Assembly: GCA_964603995.1 (NCBI GenBank)
Contig: CAZRXH010000003.1
Location: 4,037-67,894 of the forward strand
Direction: 5' to 3'
Length of the DNA: 63,858 nt
Origin: an uncultured Bacteroidota bacterium
GTDB lineage: Bacteria > Bacteroidota > Ignavibacteria > Kryptoniales > JAKASW01
Position 1 is the first letter of the stretch; every line of letters starts with the position of its first letter. The translations under genes were made by a program, and so were the position numbers. Under the pieces are notes generated by a model, which was not told where the DNA came from, made no database searches, and worked only from the letters and a program-made list of their open reading frames with translations. Positions 1 to 8,537 of the stretch are shown here, piece by piece.

Positions 1-711
1 CTTCTGGAGAAAGATGGAATATCGACGGCTCTGGCCGTTCACGCTCCGTACTCTGTATCTCCGTCATTGATGAGGAAAATCAAGGGTTTCAACAGCGAGC
101 ACGGTTCAATCATGTCCATCCATCTGGCTGAGACCCTCGATGAGTTGGAATTCGTGAAGTCCGGCACGGGGAGGATGGCAGAGCTCCTGAACCACCGGGT
201 CGGAAACTGGGAGTTCAAAGCACCCGGAGTCTCTCCTGTAAAATATGTAGACTCCCTCGGGTTGCTCGATGACAAGACACTGTGCGTGCACTGTGTATTC
301 GCCGACCCGGAAGACATCAACTTGATCGGAGATCGTGGAAGCGCCGTAGCAGTCTGCATACGAAGCAATCTGGAACTTTCAGAAACGGTTCCGCCGGTCG
401 CCGAATTCATAAAGAGCGGCGTGACAATTCTCATCGGCACTGACAGCAGGGCCAGTTCGCCCGACATAGACATGTTTTCGGAAGTTGCCGCGTTCTATTC
501 AAGATTTCACGACTTGATGAGTCCCGCCCGTGTTTTCCAGGCAGCCACGTCAGACGCGGCAGAGTTTCTCGGAATCGAAAAAGACTACGGGAGTATCGCA
601 CCGGGCAAGAAGGCGCGTATCGTGCATGTCCCGTTCGATGGGAAAGAAGAAGATGCTTTCGAGTACCTCGTGGCCGACTCGCATGGCAAAACTATCATGG
701 TCGAATCGTGA
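1..711 (+). CDS. amidohydrolase-family metal-dependent hydrolase/deaminase (MtaD/SsnA-like), C-terminal part; 5' end lies outside the window
   Basis: Frame 1 is open from base 1 (LLEKDGISTALAVHAPYSVSP...) into ORF 67..711. The HAPYS, CVHC and IGTDS motifs are typical of this superfamily. Confidence 0.75.
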   Translation, partial: LLEKDGISTALAVHAPYSVSPSLMRKIKGFNSEHGSIMSIHLAETLDELEFVKSGTGRMAELLNHRVGNWEFKAPGVSPVKYVDSLGLLDDKTLCVHCVFADPEDINLIGDRGSAVAVCIRSNLELSETVPPVAEFIKSGVTILIGTDSRASSPDIDMFSEVAAFYSRFHDLMSPARVFQAATSDAAEFLGIEKDYGSIAPGKKARIVHVPFDGKEEDAFEYLVADSHGKTIMVES

Positions 712-1091
712 ATAGCAGATCCGTAATAATCTTCTCATTGGTTTTACTGTTCGGCATCGTGTGCTACAAACTCGTCTTTGTGCCGACAAGCATGAGTTTA
801 CAGAGTTCTCCCCACGATATTTTTTCCGTCAACACTTCACCGGTGAAGGTTAAAGCGATGTTGACGAACCGGCTGGGCATGCAGGTCCCGTTCGAACATC
901 TCACGGGGAAGTTTATTATCAATGAAGGCGCCGACAAGATTGACATAGTAAAAACAGAGAGAGATGAGCTTATCTTTAAGACGAAGGGCAGTACAGGGAG
1001 GTTGGTGATTCTCTTCTTTTCGAACGAGATTCCGTTCCCGGTCGAACTCGTCCTTGATATCAGAGGGGCGGCGATAGCCGACCTCATTTAA
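708..1091 (+). CDS. hypothetical small membrane-anchored protein
   Basis: 127-aa ORF whose GTG start overlaps the upstream stop (GTGA). It has an N-terminal hydrophobic helix (IIFSLVLLFGIVCYKLVFV). No family recognised. Confidence 0.5.
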   Translation: MNSRSVIIFSLVLLFGIVCYKLVFVPTSMSLQSSPHDIFSVNTSPVKVKAMLTNRLGMQVPFEHLTGKFIINEGADKIDIVKTERDELIFKTKGSTGRLVILFFSNEIPFPVELVLDIRGAAIADLI

Positions 1092-1119
1092 CGACAATTT
1101 CTTGCTGCTAAGACAATAG

Positions 1120-2262
1120 ATGCTTGATTTCAAGTTGGTAAAGAAGGACGCCGGGACGAAGGCGCGTGCCGGTTTGATCCAGACAGATCATGGGACGATA
1201 AGGACGCCGGTTTTCATGCCTGTCGGAACACGCGGAAGCGTGAAGGCTGTCGAGCAGCGTGAACTACTCGAGATAAATGCCCCGATAATCCTCGGCAACA
1301 CCTATCATCTCTATCAGCGCCCCGGAGTGGAAATCCTGCGGAAGTTCGGCGGACTACATTCGTTTATGTCGTGGCCGAGGCCGATTCTCACCGACAGCGG
1401 CGGTTTCCAGATACTCAGCCTTTCCGGGCTGAGAAAATTATCAGACGAAGGAGTGGAGTTCCGTTCGCACATCGACGGAAGTTATCATTTTTTTTCTCCG
1501 GAGAAAATTGTCGAGGTGGAACGGATGATCGGCTCGGACATAATGATGGTGCTGGACGAGTGTCCTCCATATCCGTCGGAAAGAGAATATGTCTCAAAGA
1601 GCATTGATCTGACATACAACTGGGCTATGCGGTGCAAGGAGAGTTTTTCACGATCGACTCCTCTCTATAATTTCAAGCAGTTCCTGTTTGCCATAGTGCA
1701 GGGAGGAATCTATCTTGACCTGAGAGAGAAGAGTGCAAGACAACTTGTCACGGGAGATTTCGACGGCTACGCGATCGGTGGTCTGGCAGTAGGTGAACCC
1801 GTGGAGGAAATGTACAGGGTCGCAGATTTTGTGACGGACATTCTTCCTGAGAACAAACCCAGATACCTGATGGGAGTCGGAACTCCCGAGAATCTTCTGG
1901 AGGCAGTGGAGAGAGGAATCGATATGTTTGACTGCGTTCTCCCCACCCGCAATGGGCGAAACTCGCAAGTATTCACTTCGGCTGGTAAGCTGAATTTAAG
2001 GAACGCCGCCTTTTCGGATGACGGAGCGCCGATAGACAGCGAATGTGACTGTTACGCATGCAAGAATTTCTCGAGGGGATATCTCCGCCATCTCTTCAAT
2101 GTTGATGAAATATTCGGCCTCCAGCTTGCGTCCTTACATAATTTGCGATTTTTTGTTAGTTTAATGGAGCAATCGCGGCTTGCTATCCTGAATGACAGGT
2201 TCACGGATTTCAAAGCCGAAACGCTATCTAATATAAACAACCACAAAAAGGAGGAAACTTGA
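1120..2262 (+). CDS. tgt: queuine tRNA-ribosyltransferase (tRNA-guanine transglycosylase)
   Basis: Motifs TPVFMPVGT, LGNTYHL, DSGGFQ and DCVLPTRNGRN, plus the zinc site CDCYAC...H. Confidence 0.95.
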   Translation: MLDFKLVKKDAGTKARAGLIQTDHGTIRTPVFMPVGTRGSVKAVEQRELLEINAPIILGNTYHLYQRPGVEILRKFGGLHSFMSWPRPILTDSGGFQILSLSGLRKLSDEGVEFRSHIDGSYHFFSPEKIVEVERMIGSDIMMVLDECPPYPSEREYVSKSIDLTYNWAMRCKESFSRSTPLYNFKQFLFAIVQGGIYLDLREKSARQLVTGDFDGYAIGGLAVGEPVEEMYRVADFVTDILPENKPRYLMGVGTPENLLEAVERGIDMFDCVLPTRNGRNSQVFTSAGKLNLRNAAFSDDGAPIDSECDCYACKNFSRGYLRHLFNVDEIFGLQLASLHNLRFFVSLMEQSRLAILNDRFTDFKAETLSNINNHKKEET

Positions 2263-2573
2263 GCAACTTACTGATCGCATTAATGACTCCTCAGGGAGGC
2301 GGTGACGCGGGCGGCGGCATGATCAGCACGATCATCATGTTCGCGTTGATCTTTGCTATTTTTTATTTCATGATCATGCGTCCGCAAAGCAAACGCCAGA
2401 AGGAGCGCCAGAAGATGCTTGAAGCGATGAAGAAGGGCGACAAGGTCGTCACGAATGGCGGCTTGCATGGTAAAATCATCGGCATGGAAGACAAGACGGT
2501 CCTTGTCGAGATCGCCGACAATGTGAAGGTCAAGGTCGAAAAATCTGCCATAGGGGCGGTATTACCCGAATAG
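2259..2573 (+). CDS. yajC: preprotein translocase subunit YajC
   Basis: TM helix followed by [10 protein letters not shown] and [14 protein letters not shown]. Conserved tgt-yajC synteny. The start could instead be the ATG at 2283. Confidence 0.9.
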   Translation: MSNLLIALMTPQGGGDAGGGMISTIIMFALIFAIFYFMIMRPQSKRQKERQKMLEAMKKGDKVVTNGGLHGKIIGMEDKTVLVEIADNVKVKVEKSAIGAVLPE

Positions 2574-2575
2574 AG

Positions 2576-3784
2576 ATGTCTGAGTTTGACAGTATCGACG
2601 CTGCGATTGAAGATATGCGCAGCGGCAAGATAGTAATTGTTGTCGACGACGAAGAGCGAGAAAATGAGGGGGACTTCATTTTATCCGCCGAGAGAGTCAC
2701 TCCCGAGTCGATAAACTTCCTGACGAAGTACGGACGCGGAATAATCTGCGTCGCGCTGTTGCCGGAACGTGCGGCGCAGTTGGAGCTCGACTTGATGGTG
2801 GATGAAAACACTTCCTTACACCAGACGGCATTCACAGTCAGCGTCGATGCGCTGAAGGGAGCCACCACTGGAGTGTCTGCTGCCGACCGTGCCACCACGG
2901 TGCTCGCTCTTGTAAATGCAGACACACATCCATCCGACCTTGGCAGGCCCGGCCATATTTTCCCTCTTCGCGGTATGGAGGAGGGAGTCCTTAGACGAGC
3001 AGGCCACACTGAAGCGGCGATCGATCTCGCGCGGCTCGCAGGCCTCTATCCCGCCGGCGTCTTGTGTGAAATCATGAACGATGATGGCACAATGGCGCGC
3101 GTACCTCAACTCGTGAAGATGGCGAAGGAGTTCGGACTTCACATTGTCACGATTCTGGATCTGATCCAGTACAGGATGAGGCGGGAGAAGATGGTGAAGG
3201 AAATCGTCGTGACAAAGCTCCCGACACGTTACGGGAATTTCAATCTCCACCTTTATCAGAGTGTGATCGACAGGAAAGAACATATTGCCCTCGTGAAGGG
3301 AGACATTCACAGCGATGTGCCGACGCTGGTGCGCGTTCACTCAGAATGCCTCACTGGAGACGTCTTCGGCTCCGAGAGGTGTGACTGCGGAGAACAACTG
3401 CATCGTGCGATGAGAATGGTGGAAAAGAAAGGTGCCGGCATTGTTCTGTATATGCGGCAGGAAGGGAGAGGGATCGGTCTTATCAACAAGATCAAGGCAT
3501 ACAAGCTCCAGGATGACGGGCATGACACGGTGGAGGCGAACGAAAAGCTTGGGTTCAAAGCCGACCTCCGCGACTACGGAATCGGTGCACAGATACTCGT
3601 CGATCTCGGTGTCAGGAAGATGAGGCTTATGACTAACAACCCGAAAAAAATCGTGGGACTTGAGGGATACGGCCTCGAAGTGGTGGAACGGATCCCAATC
3701 GAGATAGAACCGAACGAAACTAACCAGAAATATCTCGAAACGAAGCGGGATAAGCTGGGGCATCTCATCCTGGACTCCGAATGA
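2576..3784 (+). CDS. ribBA: bifunctional 3,4-dihydroxy-2-butanone-4-phosphate synthase / GTP cyclohydrolase II
   Basis: [10 protein letters not shown] (DHBP synthase) and [18 protein letters not shown] (GCH-II zinc site). The 402-aa length fits the fusion. Confidence 0.95.
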   Translation: MSEFDSIDAAIEDMRSGKIVIVVDDEERENEGDFILSAERVTPESINFLTKYGRGIICVALLPERAAQLELDLMVDENTSLHQTAFTVSVDALKGATTGVSAADRATTVLALVNADTHPSDLGRPGHIFPLRGMEEGVLRRAGHTEAAIDLARLAGLYPAGVLCEIMNDDGTMARVPQLVKMAKEFGLHIVTILDLIQYRMRREKMVKEIVVTKLPTRYGNFNLHLYQSVIDRKEHIALVKGDIHSDVPTLVRVHSECLTGDVFGSERCDCGEQLHRAMRMVEKKGAGIVLYMRQEGRGIGLINKIKAYKLQDDGHDTVEANEKLGFKADLRDYGIGAQILVDLGVRKMRLMTNNPKKIVGLEGYGLEVVERIPIEIEPNETNQKYLETKRDKLGHLILDSE

Positions 3785-3957
3785 TTGCTTCGTCCTTAGA
3801 CTTCAGAGTGGTCCAATTGGCGGGAACGCATTGTCTCACGAAGAATGTTTTATGTATCAGGACCGCGATTTGCGATGACCGCATCTCTGTATCCGGCAGT
3901 TTTGCGGCAGCTGGAAATATTTGTCGGTAATTTATTATCTTTGACTAACGCCGCAAC

Positions 3958-3973
3958 GTCCCGAATTCGGGAC
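3958..3973 (+). promoter_or_regulatory. perfect 16-nt palindrome (GTCCCG-AATT-CGGGAC) in the greA leader
   Basis: Read directly from the sequence. Gives a 6-bp stem with a 4-nt loop. It lies 10 nt upstream of the terminator-like hairpin. Confidence 0.5.
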
Positions 3974-3982
3974 AGGCGGTAC

Positions 3983-4023
3983 GCCTTCGCCACAGTCTCT
4001 GCGTGCGAAGGCTTTTGCATTTT
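3983..4023 (+). terminator. intrinsic-terminator-like hairpin plus T-tract, 29 nt upstream of the greA start (leader attenuator or sRNA terminator)
   Basis: GCCTTCGC (3983-3990) pairs with GCGAAGGC (4005-4012) across a 14-nt loop. It is followed by TTTTGCATTTT. Confidence 0.55.
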
Positions 4024-4051
4024 ATGATACGAAACGATCCAGGAGGTTCCG

Positions 4052-4528
4052 ATGTCAAATAACTTTGTCTATTTGACAAAAGAGAAATTGATTGAGATGG
4101 AAGCGCAGCTGAAGGAGATGAAGACACATGGCAGACAGGAAGCCGCGCGCAAAATCGCTGAGGCGCGGTCGCATGGTGACCTGTCGGAGAACTCCGAGTA
4201 CGACGCAGCCAAAGAGGAAATGCAGATGCTCGAACTGCGCATCGCGCAGCTCGAACAGACCCTCACAAGAACGCGTGTCATTGACCCGACCGAAGTAAGG
4301 ACGGATAAAGTATATATTTTCAGTAAGGTCCAGGTGCTTGACATGCTTTCAGATAAAAAGATAGAGTACCAGCTCGTCTCGACGGAGGAGGCGGATATCG
4401 TGAAGGGGAAGATCTCCACCGATTCACCCATAGGAAAGAGTCTGCTCGGGAAAGAGGTCGGCGATGTCGTGAGCGTGAGAGTTCCGGCGGGAATAAAACA
4501 GTATAAGATTCTCCAAATAAGCAGGTAG
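4052..4528 (+). CDS. greA: transcription elongation factor GreA
   Basis: HGDLSENSEYDAAKEE coiled-coil tip motif, 158 aa, GGAGG upstream of the ATG. Confidence 0.95.
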   Translation: MSNNFVYLTKEKLIEMEAQLKEMKTHGRQEAARKIAEARSHGDLSENSEYDAAKEEMQMLELRIAQLEQTLTRTRVIDPTEVRTDKVYIFSKVQVLDMLSDKKIEYQLVSTEEADIVKGKISTDSPIGKSLLGKEVGDVVSVRVPAGIKQYKILQISR

Positions 4529-4601
4529 ATTCTAATCCAAAATTTGAATATCCCAGTCAATTGCTGGTGTTTCCTGTTTTGGATGTTGAAGTTTTGAATT
4601 T

Positions 4602-4633
4602 GTTTAGAGTTTAGGTTTTCGGGTTTAGAGTTT
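4602..4633. repeat. 11-bp direct repeat GTTTAGAGTTT x2 with a 21-bp offset, upstream of the CYTH gene
   Basis: Copies at 4602-4612 and 4623-4633, read directly. Flanked by TTTGAAT motifs at 4543-4549 and 4593-4599. Confidence 0.6.
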
Positions 4634-4688
4634 TTGACGGGAGGATTTTCTTTTTAGGAATCTTGAGTATAAGGCTCGCGTCAGGGAA

Positions 4689-5174
4689 TTGAATTCACTG
4701 GAAGAAATCTTCATCGGGATTGGTGCATCCTTTGTCGGCATCATCAAGCAGCGAGATACATATTTTGAAGTGCGTGTGGGACGGCTGAAGCTGAGGGAGA
4801 CCGACGGAAAACCGGCGGAGCTGATCTTCTACGAAAGGGACGAAACCTCTTCCTCGGAGATGGAAAGCCGGTATGGCATTCTCCCGGTCGCGGACCTGTC
4901 GATCAAGGATTTCCTTGTCAAGGCTCTCGGAGTGAAGGTGGTTGTCGAGAAGGAAAGAAAGTTACTGATCCTGGGGAATGCGAGGATACACCTGGACCAG
5001 GTGAATGGGCTTGGGAGTTTTCTGGAGTTCGAAGTCGTATCGGCGGAAAGCATATCGCGAAAGGGGGACGACAACGCTGATGCCTCGCTGCTCGATAAGC
5101 TGAAGTTGTACGCGGCACCATTGGTTGTGAGAGAGATAAATGAATCGTACAGCGATCTGATGCTGAAGAGATGA
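4689..5174 (+). CDS. CYTH-domain protein / class IV adenylate cyclase (CyaB-like)
   Basis: QRDTYFEVRVGRLKLRE...ELIFYERDE...ARIHLDQVNGLGSFLEFEV matches the CyaB/CYTH pattern. The conserved N-terminal RNLEYKARV is encoded in frame upstream of the first canonical start (see findings). Confidence 0.8.
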   Translation: MNSLEEIFIGIGASFVGIIKQRDTYFEVRVGRLKLRETDGKPAELIFYERDETSSSEMESRYGILPVADLSIKDFLVKALGVKVVVEKERKLLILGNARIHLDQVNGLGSFLEFEVVSAESISRKGDDNADASLLDKLKLYAAPLVVREINESYSDLMLKR

Positions 5175-5351
5175 TCAACGTCAGGCATTGGTTCCTGCCA
5201 GAAACCCGTCCAGTATTCTTCATATTTTGTTGATGATGGATGCCCAACACCACCACGTTTGAGTGGAGCGCGGATATTGTTCTCCGGAATCTTGCACCGC
5301 CCGATTTGCTTTCTCAAAAGGGGTTAACTAAATCTGAAAAAAAACTTAGGC

Positions 5352-6392
5352 TTGAAGGTGACGCTGGCTCTCAAGAATGCTGGGAGAATTCGTTCAGACC
5401 TCCAAAGAATTCTGTCGGATGGGCACACAGACGTTGAAATCAACAGCGTTGTGGAGCTGTATCACGCTTTTGCGGTCGCTTCGGTCAAGAGAAAAATAGC
5501 GGCTCGGACGCTGAGCGAAAGATTCATCGGGCTCAATTCTGGGGACATTGCCTATGATTGCATAGTTGAATTGTTTCAGCGTGATGAGTCTGGAAGATTT
5601 GTGCAAATGAAGGCCTACTTTGACGGAATAACTCTTGGAGACATTTCGAACGAAGAGCTGCTAACTCATTCTCGTCGCCTTGTTTTCTCGAAAGTCAGCG
5701 ACAGACTTTTCAGGATCTACAGAGAAACCGACCCGTCTTTGGCAAAAATTATCCATAACATAAAAGTCGTCGTCAGTACTCTGCACAGTTTCGATGAAGT
5801 TGAGCGGCTTGGAGAGAACTGCATTTGTCCATCTTTTGTGGAAAGGCTGGAAGAATTTCCTGCGATTGACAGGGATACCATTGAAAGGGAAATGAGAAAA
5901 CGTGTGCGGGGGACCGAACGGATCCCCGAGCTTATGGCTGAGCTGTCGTTGTTCCTGCGTCAACAGGGGGAATACTGCCGCGTTGTGCCGATTGTCGGCG
6001 TTGCACTTGTTTTTCGATCCATTTACAATGAGCCGATGAATGATACAATTACTGAACCTGCGGTTGAGAGCGCCATACTCATGAAGGATGCGCGGAGAAT
6101 GATCAAAGAAGCGTGTCGGGAAGTCAAGGCGGAGATGGAACCGACATATGTCGGGAAGAAGAAGGTATCCACAGAGCACATGAATTTTTATTTCTTTGTG
6201 ATCGAGGAAACTCTGACACGGAGATTCGCGGATGAAGATGAAAGAGATGGATCACTGTTCGAACATTTGAAAGAGTACATTCCTGATTTAGAAAGAGAGG
6301 AATACAAGAGGTCACACAAAAAGACTTTGGAGTACCTGCTGAGGCTTTCGACGGAGAGCGCAAAGAAGAAATTGCAGAGCCTGTATCGATGA
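5352..6392 (+). CDS. hypothetical protein with ECF-sigma-like region-2 features (putative divergent sigma-70-family factor)
   Basis: 346-aa ORF. GDIAYDCIVELFQRDESGRF ... LLTHSRRLVFSKVSDRLFRIYRETDPSLAKIIHNIK resembles sigma region 2.1-2.4 spacing. It lies 65 bp upstream of a ZAS-motif ORF. Assignment is inference only. Confidence 0.4.
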   Translation: MKVTLALKNAGRIRSDLQRILSDGHTDVEINSVVELYHAFAVASVKRKIAARTLSERFIGLNSGDIAYDCIVELFQRDESGRFVQMKAYFDGITLGDISNEELLTHSRRLVFSKVSDRLFRIYRETDPSLAKIIHNIKVVVSTLHSFDEVERLGENCICPSFVERLEEFPAIDRDTIEREMRKRVRGTERIPELMAELSLFLRQQGEYCRVVPIVGVALVFRSIYNEPMNDTITEPAVESAILMKDARRMIKEACREVKAEMEPTYVGKKKVSTEHMNFYFFVIEETLTRRFADEDERDGSLFEHLKEYIPDLEREEYKRSHKKTLEYLLRLSTESAKKKLQSLYR

Positions 6393-6457
6393 ATCGATCA
6401 AGAATGTGAAGAGCATTTTTCGGCAGGCCGCCTAAAAAGAAACGAGAATAATATGAA

Positions 6458-7024
6458 ATGAAGCACATAGACGAACATACTCTGGAGCTTTTCATCCTGA
6501 ATGCAAGGGAAATCCGCAGCAAGAGACGATCCATAGAGAACCATCTGGCCCATTGTGCTGGCTGCAGTGAGGTCGTGCGGCGATTGAAGGACATTTACGA
6601 AAATGTAGATGAAACGCTTGCCGCTGGCAAAGATCTTACTGCCGGTGCGGAAAGACGAGTCGTTCCGGTGCGGCGATCATTAGACGTGTGGACCGAACCG
6701 ATTCTCTCCGTCGCAAAAACGTCTCCGAAAGAAATTGTGCAGATACCGGGGGCCTTTGTGCCCGCGCTGTGGAGAAGAGTGAATTCCTTTTATCACTACG
6801 ACAGTAATCTGAACAATATCGACGTTTACAATTCCGCGAACAAACTCCTGTGGACGGTACCCGCTTCGAACACTGCAATTGCGGAAAGACTGGAAACAGC
6901 GGCGCACTTGAAATATACAACGAAAGTAGCCTCCCCAAAACGTTCTTACTTTTCCAGAACTATCCGAACCCCTTCAATCCAACTACGACGATCGCATTTG
7001 ATCTCAAGGAGAACTCGACCGTGA
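6458..7024 (+). CDS. zf-HC2 (ZAS-type) anti-sigma-factor-like domain protein; the 3' part is probably out of frame
   Basis: N-terminal HLAHCAGC matches H-x3-C-x2-C exactly. No TM segment is visible. The tail after about 6935 (SPKRSYFSRTIRTPSIQLRRSHLISRRTRP) looks like out-of-frame translation of the T9SS domain. Confidence 0.55.
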   Translation: MKHIDEHTLELFILNAREIRSKRRSIENHLAHCAGCSEVVRRLKDIYENVDETLAAGKDLTAGAERRVVPVRRSLDVWTEPILSVAKTSPKEIVQIPGAFVPALWRRVNSFYHYDSNLNNIDVYNSANKLLWTVPASNTAIAERLETAAHLKYTTKVASPKRSYFSRTIRTPSIQLRRSHLISRRTRP

Positions 7025-7215
7025 AGCTGTCCATCTTCAATGTCCTTGGCCAGCGAGTGCAGGAGTTTGACTTGGGCCAGATGAGCGCAGAAACCTACAG
7101 CCAGATTGTCGACATGTCGCGCTACGCAAGCGGAGTGTATTTCTACCGGATTGATGCAATGAGCGCCGATGGGAAAAGATTCGTTATCATGAAGAAGATG
7201 GCGTTGGTCAAATAG
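6850..7215 (+). CDS. T9SS (Por) C-terminal sorting domain fragment, probably the 3' part of the 6458 gene
   Basis: LFQNYPNPFNPTTTIAFDL...VKLSIFNVLGQRV...SGVYFYRI is the canonical Por_Secre_tail pattern. No signal peptide or cargo domain of its own. Confidence 0.7.
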   Translation: MDGTRFEHCNCGKTGNSGALEIYNESSLPKTFLLFQNYPNPFNPTTTIAFDLKENSTVKLSIFNVLGQRVQEFDLGQMSAETYSQIVDMSRYASGVYFYRIDAMSADGKRFVIMKKMALVK

Positions 7216-7381
7216 CGACAAGTGTCTCATCGGCCACTCCATCTCAAAGGAGCAGATGGTTGTTTGTCGGTAGTAGTTAGCAAGCCCTATCGAGCTTCAG
7301 CCATCCAGATCCAAGACGGCTTTCTCTGCTTCTGGATTGGCACACAGGTAGATTATGACCAACTGGATGGAGATGCAGCGA

Positions 7382-8377
7382 CTATGATAGGCTCAAGTCC
7401 TCGTGGACAGCATGACCTTCAACAAACTCCTGAACAGCCTTCTGTATTTCAGGAAGTGTATCAAGCCTCACCAGTGCTGACCTCAGCGTCGATCCGTTTC
7501 TGACGCCATGGAAATATCCGTGATAATATTTCCGGAATTCCAATACTGCTCTATGCTCTCCCTTCGTTTCGATTTCCATCTCCAAATGGCGAATGCATGT
7601 ACTAGCCCGCTCCTGCAAGCTCTGAGCCGGCGGAAGTGTGCCATCTCCCATCAGGGATTTAATTTCTTTGAAGATCCGCGGATTTGTAACGGCGCCCCTC
7701 GCGACCATTACGCCGTCGCATTTTGTGTACTCGAACATGTCCAGGGCATCCTGTGCGACTTTTATGTCACCGTTGCCGATAACCGGCAGCTTGGCCATTT
7801 CCTTGACCTGTTTTATCCAATCCCAGTTCGCTTCACCGTCGTGGTGTTGTGCCCTGGTGCGGGCATGAATCGTAAGAGCGGCGAGTCCCTCGTCAGCACA
7901 GATATTTGCCACTTCGAATATCGTGATGGAGTTGGAATCCCAGCCGAGGCGTGTCTTCAACGTGACCGGGATTGACACGGCGCTCTTCACAGCGTGGATG
8001 ATCGCCTGCATCTGGCCGAGATCCTTCAGGAGTCCTGCGCCTGCGCCCCGTTGAGCGACTTTAGGAACCCAGCAGCCGGCATTGATGTCGATGAAGTCAG
8101 GCCCGGCGTCTTCTGCCATCTTTGCCGCTTCAGCCATCACATCCGTATCTCCACCGAAGATCTGTATGCCAACCGGGCGTTCATCCTGACTCGTGACGAG
8201 CTTCTGGGTGCTTTTCCTGGCCGAACGGATCAGTCCTTCCGAGCTGATGAACTCAGTATATACGATATCGGCGCCGAATTCCTTGCAAATCAGGCGGAAA
8301 CCGAGGCCCGTCACGTCTTCCATCGGAGCAAGCGCAACGGGCTTCTCCAATTCGTATTTACCGAGCTTGATCTTCAT
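7382..8377 (-). CDS. dusB: tRNA-dihydrouridine synthase
   Basis: LAPMEDVTGLGFRLI, IDINAGCW and TIHARTR motifs; 331 aa. Confidence 0.9.
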   Translation of the reverse strand: MKIKLGKYELEKPVALAPMEDVTGLGFRLICKEFGADIVYTEFISSEGLIRSARKSTQKLVTSQDERPVGIQIFGGDTDVMAEAAKMAEDAGPDFIDINAGCWVPKVAQRGAGAGLLKDLGQMQAIIHAVKSAVSIPVTLKTRLGWDSNSITIFEVANICADEGLAALTIHARTRAQHHDGEANWDWIKQVKEMAKLPVIGNGDIKVAQDALDMFEYTKCDGVMVARGAVTNPRIFKEIKSLMGDGTLPPAQSLQERASTCIRHLEMEIETKGEHRAVLEFRKYYHGYFHGVRNGSTLRSALVRLDTLPEIQKAVQEFVEGHAVHEDLSLS

Positions 8378-8537
8378 ACGTCAATTTGGTTTGAGCGGTG
8401 CAAAAAAGAAATGGCACGCGGATAACACGGAGTTGACGGATTCCCACTGCTTCTCTCTCGTTTCTCATCTGCGAACCCTGTCCATTCAGTCCGTTTATCC
8501 AATAATCCGATATTCCATTACTCCATCTTTCGATAGA

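Noticed and set aside
3845-4027. 60-aa ORF in the ribBA-greA spacer
   Set aside because: It spans the palindrome and terminator hairpins, has no start context or family features, and is better explained as leader RNA.
7239-7270. Hairpin CCATCT-(9 nt)-AGATGG followed by TTGTTTGT after the T9SS-domain ORF
   Set aside because: The stem is only 6 bp with weak GC content. It is plausible as a terminator but too weak to call as a feature.
7222-7503. 93-aa plus-strand ORF
   Set aside because: It overlaps the 3' end of dusB on the opposite strand and the convergent spacer. No family features.
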